NCBI GenBank assembly: GCA_022813865.1
Contig: JALDZX010000029.1
Location: 186,001-250,000, forward strand
From: Xylographa opegraphella
Taxonomy: Eukaryota
Length of the DNA stretch: 64,000 bases
Reading direction: 5' to 3'
The translations under genes were made by a program, and so were the position numbers. The number at the start of each line of letters is the position of its first letter. The stretch's first letter is position 1. Shown here piece by piece: positions 25,503 to 36,912 of this stretch. The notes beneath the pieces were generated by a model. It ran no database searches. It was not told the DNA's origin and was given only the letters and a program-made list of their open reading frames with translations.

Positions 25503-27687
25503 TCAGAAAATAGTGCCAAAGGAGCTTTCGGACGGTAGAGGCTTGCGCGGACTGCCCGGTTTACCGTCCGCGTCCATGACTGGTTTGCGGTGCCTGTGAA
25601 AGTAAAATAGTCAGATCCATATTCTGGACCGGCTTAAGATGACGGAGCACCAGACATACCTGAACGTGAACCCTACAAACAGGCCCTTGCCCATCTTCTC
25701 GTCTCGATCTGCCATATTCTCCAGAGCTGTTTGCTTGTCATGCACCTCTTTATACTTGGCCATGTCCGCCTCACTGCTGAAGTCGTCGAAGTACCCCGCG
25801 TCAGTCTCAGAGTCCAGCTCGGGCACGAAGGGTGCCTTCTCCTCCCTCAGCTTGCTAAAGTTCACCTCTGCGAAATAGTGGTGGCGGTGGATCTCTGCGA
25901 TGCCACTGAAGCGCTGCTGCTTTGACGCCACCAGCCGGCAGATGAGGTCCCATGTGCGTGGAGAGAGGAAATAGTTCGGATCGTCGTATTCGGGCTTTTT
26001 AAAGACTTTCTTCCAATGGCGTAGATTCTGCCAAGTTTCGTCGACAGTAGCTCCTGCGAAAGGAGGATATCCGGCTAAAGATTCGAATAACATGCACCCG
26101 AGCGACCAGTAATCGACCGTGAAGTCGTATTCCTCGCCTTTGAGGACTTCCGGTGCCATGTAGTCCGGAGAGCCAACGATAGACTTCGCGTAGTTGACAT
26201 CACGGTCACGGAGAGAGCGATAGCCTTCACGACGTTCGGTCATCGAGCGTTGGTCCATGGGGCGGCTGAACGGGACGGCCATGTTCCCTACTTCTTCGAG
26301 CTTGATCCGCATGGACTCGATCTTGATAGGCGAGAGCATACCGGCTGCAAGCCCGAAGTCCGTAAGCTTCACGTGACCAGTAGAGTCAATGAGGAAGTTT
26401 TCGGGCTTTAGATCTCGGTGAATGTAGCCGAGCTGGTGAAGGGCATCGACGCAGCAGAACATCTCGGCGATATAGAAGCGCGCGTGGCGGTTATGAAGAA
26501 CTCCGGTATTGTTGAGGAGTGTACGGAAGTCCCCCCCAGGTACATATTCCTGGTAAACATTAGAACAGCTGGACACGCGAGATCTGCACAACAGCATACC
26601 ATGGCTAAATATATGCTCGTGTCGTCCTGAAATGCATAAAGGAGCTTCACCAGCCATTCGCTGTTTGCTGCCGTCAGAATATCTCTCTCGGTTAAGATAT
26701 GTCTGATCTCATCAAGCTTGAAAAGCAGCTTCTTGCTCATGACCTTTAATGCGCACACTTCTTTGGTATCTTTTTTAGATGCCAGAAACACTTGTCCATA
26801 ACCACCTTGTCCGACCTGAGTGAGAATTTGGAAATCACCTTGACGTAGTCTTGTCCGTCGTTTTCGCAGATTTGCCCGCTCCCTTCCGAGGTACTTGTGT
26901 TTTGCAGTTTCGTATTCGGCAGAAGACGTATCTGGAGGAGGGTGTTCGACGTCGAATTTTTTGTGCCGTAACTCTCGCTGATGTACATAATTCAGGAGAT
27001 CGAAGTAATAGTCAAGGAAGTCTGGTGAGAAACGCGCCGTTAATGCTATCTCTCCGCTTCGCAAGGGTTCAACTTACATATCTGAGTAACGTTCGCCAGA
27101 CGTTTGACTTTTGGCAATTGTAGTTTCTCGAGCTCCTCGGCAGTCAAGCCACGAGACGGACTATATCGACCACGTGCGCTTGCATCAGATACGTCTTTGC
27201 TCTGATACTGTTCCTGACGTGAAACTGCAGCCTGGTTTGAAGTATTGTGGACCTCCTTCCCAATCCTGCCGCCTGGGGGTGTATTCTCCTTATTAGATTT
27301 TCTCAATGGGCTACCAGGTGCTGCAAGATACTCTTGACGAGAAACATTCTCATCCAAACTCTCTTCCATTCCTTGTCTTCCAACCTTGTTTGGAGAGCCA
27401 GGTGTCAATTGCTGTCGTCCGGCCTTTGTAGGACTGGAAGGTGTCAACTTCATTGCATTCTCAAAAACATTTGGTAGGTCCTTCGCTCCGGGTGGGAGCT
27501 TGTTCTTGCTTGGGCTACCTTGCGGAGTAGAGTATGGGGTTGTAAAGCCATAGTTTGTGGGCGTCGAGGGCCTGTCATAAAGAGCATTGCCAGAGCGGGT
27601 ATGTAGTAGAGGAGGCATCGGCATTCTAAAGTCTGGCCTACTTCCACCTGGAGACAGTGGATGACTGTCTGTCATCGCTGGAGTCAT
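25503..27687 (-). CDS. DBF2: NDR/LATS-family Ser/Thr kinase Dbf2 (Sid2)
   Basis: Exons 27687-27078, 27021-26600, 26549-25660 and 25593-25503. Motifs YFLDYYFDLL, GQGGYG, HRDLKPEN, DFG, SIVGSPDYMAPE and hydrophobic motif FVGFTFRH. Confidence 0.95.
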
Positions 27688-28707
27688 TGCAAGTTGTGCC
27701 GATATGGAAGGTCGTCGAGCGCACACCTGGCCACAGGACGCACGTAAATGTTCGACCCTTTCTATATGCAGGCGCACCGCACAGTATCAGATATTTGGGA
27801 AACTCGCTGTCAGAGTCTTATGCTGTTGAGCTGACACCTGAGTTGACTTGATCGTGACGTTCTTAAACATGTGTTGCGGGCTGCTTGATACAACCGAGTT
27901 TCGAGAAGTTTTGGTTGACCGAGCAACAGAAGGCACTTTTTATGCAGTATTGAGCCTACCTACCTAAATCAAGCCACACAGACTCCACAGATTACACAAA
28001 CTTCAGCTCAACTGAGTATTGTAATATGACTCACGACACAAATTCCATGTGACTCTGCGAGTGACGACTTTCCTTGAGAAATGCTCCTGATGAGCCGCAT
28101 TTGGCCTTCCACTCACTAGAAGAGCTACACATGCCTGGTACTACAATAATTTCAAAATAGAACGTGGTATTCAACTCGGATATCTCGTCAGTCAGGTATC
28201 TCACTCTCCCGAGTTACTGCTATAGTTCACAACTTCAAGATTGGCTCTACAAGATGACAAGTCTCACCATTGTGTAAGGGGGATGAAAGCAAGAATCGAG
28301 AAGAACATCTACTCCTTATTGCCATACAATCTTATCATCGTGGGATACCTTCATTCCTACCCGCCCGAGCAGCTTTCGCTCCTGCTGAGTCATTTCCACT
28401 CCATTCACTCTTTCGTTTCCAAATTTTTGAACTGTATGATGTGGGACTGATCGGACAAGCTGCCGCAAATGTCTTCTCCTACGCGAAACCCTAACGAATA
28501 CGTCCTGTGCTAGTCACTAGCTTTTCTTTCTCACGACGCGACCAACACATCTTCTGACCTTCTCTCATCATTTCTTTCGGATTCTTCCTTCTGTTCGTGT
28601 ACTGCAATGATTGATTATTCCTCTCCCTTTTCAGTTCCTGTAATTGGCTCTTGAGGTTTTGTAAAAATCAGCTCTGAGAACACAAAGTCAGTAAAGAGGG
28701 TGAAAAG

Positions 28708-31181
28708 ATGTTCTATAGCCATGAGGGTCGGCCTACCTCGCGACATCTTGTATCATGCCTCGTGTGCTAACTGTGTCATGCAAAGTCCTCACGTCGAGGA
28801 AGTACGGAGTTGCCACCGTCTGGTAAGCAGATCTGTCCACTATTTAGTGTGATGTGTCCAAGCTCAGCTTCTCAGGCTTGTTGCGACGTTGGGTTCGAAT
28901 TCAAACCTCAAGAAGATCAACCGTAAGGCCATCCTGGACGTCGACATTCCCAGAGCATGTATGACAATCACACAACCAGAAGCACCAATGGCTTTGCGAC
29001 TGCAGAGTAATCTTCTGTATGTCGATCTAAGCGTCTTGGTAACTATGCCCAACTGACTTCTTCTGACCTTTTCAGATACGGTGTTTCCCGTGTCTACTCA
29101 CAGCAATGCTCCTATGTCTTAGTGGATGCACAAAATGCTCAGAGCAATATGCGAACTCTCTTCAAGCTCGTGAAAACATCGGAGCTCGATCCGGAAGCAG
29201 GAAAAGCAAGGCAATATCATTTCTTGCTCTTATACCCGAAAAAATCTGACCAGCTTGAATAGGCCCGATCAACTGGTTCTCCAGGATAACCCTGCTTTTC
29301 TACCTGATATTGATCTTCCTGGCCTTGACCTCGATCTGTCAATTTTCGAGAATTCTACTCAAGGATCATCGCACCGCACAAGTATCATGTCTGCTGGTTC
29401 GCAGCCATCAAGTAGGTCCAGTAACAAAGATGGTGAAGCGTCTGTGGTCGGACTTCTGATACCGACGTCAGACAGCGGAAACGCTGGCGGAACTGAGGGC
29501 TTTCAGGTTGCAATGCCAGGAAGTAATGCAACCGAAATTGGTCAGGGTACTGCGAATGTCTTTCTAGAGGAGCAAGGGTTCTTTCCCGATGTGGACTTCA
29601 ATTTCGATGCCGAAGGGAACATGGTGGAACTTGAAACGCCTCAAGGCGTTCAATTTGATGAGGCTGTACCAAGGACACGGAGTGACTCAGAAACGAGTGG
29701 TCGAATGCGCCAGGGCTATGATGATGGGCTTTTAACCGGTCATCAACAGGTATTATTCACACCCTTGCTATTATTGAACGACTCAAGTAATTGATTTTTA
29801 GTTCGCCGAAGCATTGGATCTTGATGTGGATATACCTATGATGGAAGCTGATCAAAGTCCTTTGCCTTTCGCAGCGCCTTTTCCAGAGATGGTGTCTGCC
29901 CCTAGAGAATCTCAAAGCTTTCTTAATTCATCCTCTCTGGTACCTGAAGAAGGAGGGTCTGAATCTGCGGAAGCAGCCCAGGTTCGTAAAAGGAGAGGCC
30001 CAAGAATCATACCTGTTGACGAAGCTCCCGAACTACGAAACTCAGACCTTGCTCAATGGGCTGCCAACTACACCTCCAATATGGCGGAAGCTTCTCGTCA
30101 GAAGCGTCAGCATAAGTTGCCACTTCAAGCTAAAAAGAATGCCGCAGCTTGGGTATTTGATATTGGAATTGGTGCAGTGGGTACCAACATGAACAGCCTT
30201 AACATGCGAAGTCCGCTTGATATGTTTGCAGGTAATGCATTGATGGAGGCTCTGACCGGGATTAAGAAGCCCGTTACTGGACATAAGAGAAGCCGTGGTG
30301 AGGAAGATGAAGGCACTTCTGAGGATCTCGTACGCCGGACCCGCCCTAGAAGTATGGAGGAGGAAATTGGTCACGGTCAGAGTATCGATCTGGGCGAGGA
30401 AGGAATGCAGCCCTCATTTGGTGACGATGTACGTCAAACCGCTAATCCTTCAAGTTCCAGAAGCTGACACAAACAGTCCATCGAAATTGGTCGTGATGCT
30501 CCTCCTCTGCTCGAAGACTTCTCATCACAAATGCCGTGGAATATTACCGCTTCCGCTCACGGCTCACGTCAAAGTTCTATGTTTCATGGTCGCGGCTTCT
30601 CTAGCAGCGTTGGGGGCTTTCCGACAAGTGCTGGTAACCCCAGCTCCATGCTTCCTCCGCCATTCGGCACAACGGACTCATTTAATCGTCGAGCAAGTCG
30701 ACTAGTCAGCGCGAGTCCATTGCTTGGTCGAGGCCCACATCGTCACAGTAGCCTTGAGCTACCAGTCCATGATGACGATGAAGACCTACTCGGCGGCCGA
30801 GTAATGCCAGACGATGAAGCACTCGAGGATTTCCAGCTATTTGGGCCAGCTGCTATCGTTGATACGCAAACCGCGGCTCAGTCGCAGTGGGTCAAGGAGA
30901 CTTTGGATCGAGAGAGCACAAATTTCCTAGATTTTGTCAAGACCAAAATAGCTGCGACGGCGGCGAGGATTGACGATGACGAGGATGAGTTAGCTGGTGA
31001 CTTCAACAGTTCGAATAATTCCATCTGCTTTCATGAACTTCTGCCGCCGGCTCAGCACTCCAGGGTTGTGGCAGCTCAGGCCTTTCATCATATGCTTGCT
31101 CTTGCCAACAAGGGACTGCTGAGTGTGGACCAGACTGTGGGATATGGACCGATCAAAGTGGCTGTCGTGGACTCCCCATGA
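28708..31181 (+). CDS. REC8: Meiotic cohesin kleisin Rec8 (Rad21/Rec8 family)
   Basis: N-terminal MFYSHEVLTSRKYGVATVWLVATLG...APMALRLQSNLLYGVSRVY and C-terminal winged helix FHELLPP..SRVVAAQAFHHMLALA..Q..GYGPI. Six introns, one of them GC-AG. Confidence 0.9.
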
Positions 31182-31542
31182 ATACTGAGCTTCGGCTCAC
31201 GTATGCTCGCTTTTCCCGGATGAGTACTACTGTACGACATCCTTTCATATGTACGCTGCTGAATTGTTTTATCTTGCTCTAACTCAGTCAGCTTTCACCG
31301 GTGTTCTAATTCAGTCGCTTTCATACCTGGCAGCTCCTAATATTCAGAAAGACTACTTGCTCACATGAACGATTCCTCTTAGTCTATTTGGAACACATAT
31401 AGGACGGTTCATGTACAAAGATAGCTATATAGTGCTTGATAATCGCCGATCTACAAAAATCTAATCCAAACTGTGGCATGACTCATTCAATCGTAAATTC
31501 ATGTGCATGAATGGGACGTCCACACACACTCAATTCCATCTT

Positions 31543-33666
31543 CTAGGCATCTAGCTTCAGCCGCTCCAACAGCGCATCGATCTTTCCCAGAAGAACCTGG
31601 TAATTGATCGCGTCGCCCGCAAACTCGTCACCCGCGATCTCCCCATCCAGCATTCTGACAGCACCGCTCGCGAGCTGTGCCTCCACATCGGGAACTATGA
31701 AGTCCGCAGGTCTGGAAGCGCCCTTCTCCGCATTCCATCCGTCCTCCTCACCTTCTTTCACTTCTTCTACGAGCCCGCTGTCCTCGCCATTCACTATCCC
31801 CGCGTCCTCGTCGTCCATCATCTCCTCCATGCCCGCGTCCTCGAACCGTAACCTGAAGCGCTCGGACAGGTAGAAGCGGATGTCGTCCACTAGCTCAATA
31901 CTGTCGGTCTCCTGCCGGGCTTTGATGCGCGCCGCGCTCTCGCGAACCAGCTCCGCGAATTCCTCGTCGTCGATGTAAGCCTCCAGCCGATAGGCCAGGA
32001 AACGTGCTGCGAACGTTTCAAGTCGTGGCACGCGCGTAAGCCAGCCAGCACGAAGGACGTCGTAGATATCAACTTCGTCGATACCGCCGTCTACGGTGCC
32101 AAACGCAGCAGTCTCTCCGTTGTTTAAATTTGCAATGCTGGCATGCTGGGGCATGGATCCATTGCCGAGAGTGCTGATCGCGACCGCGGCCTTGACTTTG
32201 AGCTTCTCGATGAGAAGAAGGTCGGCGGCGAAGAGGACGTCGACGGCAAGCGAGAGAGGGATGGTCGCGTTTTCGGTGTAAAGACAGGTGAGGATGATCT
32301 CCAAGACAGCTGGCGAGCAATCAATGAGGACGATCAGGAGATGCGGGGTGGGTTGCGCTTCGAGAAACGAGGAGGAGAACATGGTGAGGAAATATTCGGA
32401 ACGTAGGAGTATGGCGCGATGGGCCGGGTAAAGTGTTGATTGCCGACTTGCAGTGAAATTGGATATGGAGGATGATTGCGACAAAGGCCCGACGGGAATT
32501 CCGAGAGGAAGACCCCTGGACTCCTGTTCCGAAGGAATACTGTTATTCAGGGGCGTTTCAGTCCCACTTGGAAGAGGAGTATCTTCGGCTACTACCTCGT
32601 CGGCTCTCAGCAAAACGTCGGCGAAGATGGCGTTGTCTCGATCCCATTGTACATTGTTGGCTATCGAGGAGTCGATCTCGATTTTGTGCTTCATTACGTT
32701 ATCACGAAACCACGCTTCGGTTTGATTTCTGCCTCTTTCCACCTCTTCCGTCCTGTTTTGCCGTGCCAGACGGCGATCGGAGCTTTCTAGAATCCCTTGC
32801 CACAAGCTTGGTATTTCCAGATACTTGCTGATCTTTTCAATTCCTTCGAGGACCTCCTCCTCTGTGAAACCTGTCCCAGGTCCTCCCCCAACATCATTGG
32901 GTATTTCGCCGAGATAGACGTACCTGATTGCTATATCAAAGGCTTGTGGGGGAATCTTTGGTGGAAGCTTCCAGCTCGTCGTGTCCGGCGCATTCCCAAG
33001 CTTCTTACGGAAGTAAGGTGATCTCGCTGAGAGGATGAATTTGTGCAAATTGAAGGCTCTATCAGCAGAGGTTACGAGGATGTCTGAAGTTTGAGGATGT
33101 TCCCTCGTCAACAAAGAGGTAATGTGAGCTGCAAATGGCTGCAGAGGATCGCTAGATTTTGAGTAGTCATATGACAAGAGGAGGTTTCTGATTCGATCGT
33201 TCAATGCGTTGTATAAACATCGTTCGCCTTGGAATGTGTCCCGTTCGCACAGTGCCCCGGACTCCAGGAGAAGCCTAAGCGTGCGTGTCAGCTAGCCAGC
33301 TTCATTCACCCACCTCAGCTTTCAGACGGCATGTCTAAGGTCAACTGGGATAAACTCACTGGACTACTTCGTAATGTCCACAAAGACTGGCCTTCTCTTC
33401 TCAGCGCCGGCTCTCCGCCAATGCTACTGAAGTGCACTCACCAAAATTAAAGGCGTGTAGTCGAACTGGTCTCTAGCGTTTATATTCACCCCCTCCGTCG
33501 TGATCATCTCCTGACACACCTTGAGGTCGCCTCGTCGACATGCTTCGCAGAGCTTGCTGAAGCTGGCGCTGAGGTCCAGCGGACTGTCCTCTTTCAATCT
33601 CCCATTTTCGATAAGCTTCTTTTCCTCGTGAAGACTGGCTTCAAGTTGATCTTTCCTCAAAATCAT
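31543..33666 (-). CDS. Ankyrin-repeat and BTB/POZ protein (Btb3/YIL001W-like Cul3 adaptor)
   Basis: Ankyrin repeat LCEACRRGD..GVNINARDQFDYTPLILASLCGHYEVV, then BTB motifs FNLHKFILSARSPYF and YPAHRAILLRSEYF. Two introns. Confidence 0.9.
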
Positions 33667-34116
33667 AGATAATTATACAGACTTGGTATAACCCGTGGAG
33701 GGAACTATCGCCTCCAAAGAAAATAATAATCGTCAGACTTTGATAGCGATGACGCTCAGGCGAACGGAGTTAAGCATTTCATTAATCCGTCTGCAGGGCC
33801 CAATCCACCAATCACAGAAGTGCTACTCCCAATATTTGACAAGTCATTCCTTTGAAATGATATTTGGGAATGTCCAATCATGGGTTAGGCGGTATACTCA
33901 TTCGAGCCATATATGTGCTCATCATCCCGTTCGAAATTTACAATATGGATATGTCTCCTACTATGTACACATGCTCGGAAATAAATGCTATTTACAGATT
34001 TCATCACTCGTGAACTTTTGTTCTTGATGCAGCACGTTCGCCGTGTCTCTTTCCCTCTCAGAATCCCCATTACTGGTTGTGATCTTTTTGAAAAATAGTT
34101 TCATCATACTGGCTTC

Positions 34117-35493
34117 TCAAATTTCGATCGAGCGGACTTCTTCTGCAACAACTTGATTGCTCTCCTTAGTTTCCCGCTCCGGGACCGCTGATACAACGCT
34201 GGAGCCAAGGCTGGTCACCTCGCTGTCTTTTGGCTTCACCTCTGGTGCTTTCGTCAACGGCCAATGGCCATTCTTCTCCTTGTATCTTAATGCCAAGAAT
34301 GCACAGATTACCGCAACCCAATAAGCATTATAGGATATGACGGACCCATACGTCGCAGAGTTCTGCCATCCTAGAAGAGCATTGAATACTCCCCAGCCAC
34401 CACCGCCATTTATTTCTGGGTTGCAGCACTGTACAACAGGTTAGCCTATATCTCCACCTATGTGAGCGTGCTCTGGAGACTGACGTTGACGTGCCACACA
34501 CTTTGTCGAATGTCATATGAACCGGGTCCGGAGCCTGCCTCGGAGAGATCTCCTCCAACGAGATTGTTCCACTAGTGAGGATTAACATTTCTTCTTTTCC
34601 ACGAGGACGACAGATATATATACCGTATTTTCTTGGAAGAGCCAAACGGCCTTTGAAAAAAGACCTGCGGCAACAAGATACAAGAAGCATGTTGAAACAA
34701 TTAAGAATATCTGAATGGAAGCGAAGTTGGCGCCCCTAAAGTCATTAATTCTAAGACTCTTGAAACATTGAAGACAGAAGAGCTTACTTGTAAATAAAGA
34801 AGCCAATGAGACAACCAGCGCCTAGGCCAGTCACAACAGCGAGAGGAAAGGAGGTTGCTGGAAGCCCCAAGCTTACACCACCGATGAAGATTACTGCTTC
34901 GAGCCCTTCTCGAAGGACAGTGATGAACGGAAGCATGAACATCACGTATTTCTCGCACCACTTCTTGAATCTGTTCATTATAGTACCACGCCTGGTGCTA
35001 TCTTTGGCTTCCAAGGCTTTGGCCAGCTTGACGCGCCATTTATCTTGCAACTTAGACACTCTAAGCAGAGCAGCTCCCATGATGGATATGATAATGGAGG
35101 CTACCAAGCCGAAGGTACCTTCCCAGATATTTTCTGAGCCTGCCCAATGGTTCTTACCCAGGCCATAAAAAGCCCCGATCATGCCAGCACCTATACATAT
35201 GCAGATAATCAATCCAAGGATGGTCCCCATCCATACCTATTTCTGATTCAGTGACAAAGCCAATTGATCAGCTCCAGCTTTGCATACCTGTCGGCGTAGC
35301 TTCTTGTAGGTCGTTGGATCCCGGTCTGGTCCCAGAGTCTGCTTCAAGAAAGCCAGCAGAATGGAGACAATTATGCTGGTTTCAAGCGTTTCTCGAAGAC
35401 ATATGAAGAAGACTACATTTGCATCAACATCTCGGGCAATGCTTATGTCATTACATTCAAATACATACTCGGGATAGCGAAGACGCTCGACAT
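34117..35493 (-). CDS. FTR1: High-affinity iron permease
   Basis: Starts [19 protein letters not shown]. Second REXXE motif VLREGLE, plus [30 protein letters not shown] and [12 protein letters not shown]. Five introns. Divergent from FET3. Confidence 0.95.
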
Positions 35494-35620
35494 GATTTTT
35501 GTGGACCAAAAAAAACTTGATAAAGAGACTTCTAAAGGAGAAACAAAGCAGTCTCAGACACTATGACCACTGGATTGTTCTGATGGCAATGGTACTATGC
35601 AGTGCTGGGTGGGGTGGAAG

Positions 35621-36611
35621 ATCTGATAACGACTTTAAGATAATTTCAGAGATGGGGTGATGGCAGTTGAAACCGCCGAAGAAAGTTCCGCTCCGATTAT
35701 CTGATCGCGCTAAGGCCCGACTAAGCTGAGTAGTGCGGGTCCACGGTGTGCTTTGGTGTGCTTCCGTCCGATTACTCCACAAGACTGCGGGCGGGGCAGA
35801 GTGAGATCGTGACCGAGATCGGCGCGCTCGACTCCCTCGTGAATTTACCGAACTTGAGGAGGGGGCTGGAAGCAGCTGAACGAAGAATGACAATGTGGCT
35901 GTCGGGTGAATGGTCCTCGGAAATGCTCTGAACCTCTGACGCTTGACCGGTATTTCAGCTCTACTCCGAACTGCTTGGCGCCGTTCAGCTCCAAGCACAC
36001 GCTGACGAAGGCTCTAGCCCGTCGTCACCAGGGACCTCCTTCGCTCTCAGTCATCCAAAGTTCCACGTGTATTGGCCTTGGACGAATCGGAGTCACACTC
36101 TTTATCAATCTGATCTAATCTCTGCCCTAGTCTATCCTTGGTGTTCCTGTTTGCGCGAGTTTTCCAAGGGGCCCGATTCCTTAGCTAATCGGCCAATCTA
36201 AGAACGGAACTTTGTCCGAAAGTAGCCGTCATCGGCTGATAATTTTACTGTACTGCTCGTCTCTCGGACCAATTGACAGCCAGTAGACCCAAGACTAATC
36301 GCATTGTACATCGGCTTCAGCAATCTTCGGGCATTGCCTTTCTTCTTTCCTCTACATACACCAGCTTCGTGAGCTTTTCCGAATCCTTGTGTGGCTTGTT
36401 TGTGTGGTCTGATTGCGGGTAGAGAATTTCCTTGGGGCCCTTGCTGCGTTGTTCTTGCATCGTTCTTGCATCGTGCTTGCATCATCCGCAGCTTCCAACC
36501 GAGCTCCGATAACGGGCGCGTTGGGAACCCTAATCAAATCTTATCAGATGATCTTTGCAGTCCTTCCCTTCTCCAAAGCTTGACTGCATCTGTGTAAGCA
36601 CGATCAGATAA
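35621..36611. promoter_or_regulatory. Four SreA/SRE-type iron-repression GATA boxes (ATCWGATAA)
   Basis: ATCTGATAA at 35621-35629 (+), ATCAGATAA at 35697-35705 (-), ATCTGATAA at 36541-36549 (-) and ATCAGATAA at 36603-36611 (+), all in the shared FTR1/FET3 promoter. Confidence 0.8.
36451..36483. repeat. 11-bp tandem repeat GTKCTTGCATC x3
   Basis: gttcttgcatc gttcttgcatc gtgcttgcatc, read directly. Confidence 0.85.
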
Positions 36612-36912
36612 CGCAGGTGTAAGGATATTGGCACCCGTACCTGGCCTTGAGTTTGCTTGACGTCCAGGGAAAGGTGTGGGGAACTGGAAGCTCCGCTTGA
36701 CATATCCCTCTTCGGCAGTGGAGGCAATACGAGGTGGTCAGTGGGCTACATCTTCCGGCCTTCTGGCCTCTTTGGCGCTTCGGCTTTGAGACACCGTCAA
36801 GTTTTTGTTCACTTAGGGAGATTCTTCGATACACCGACGGAGGTCGAGTTTTTAAAGAGCGGAATTTGGACCAGTCTTCTTCCTCTTGAACATATCTCCT
36901 GGCATCACTATC

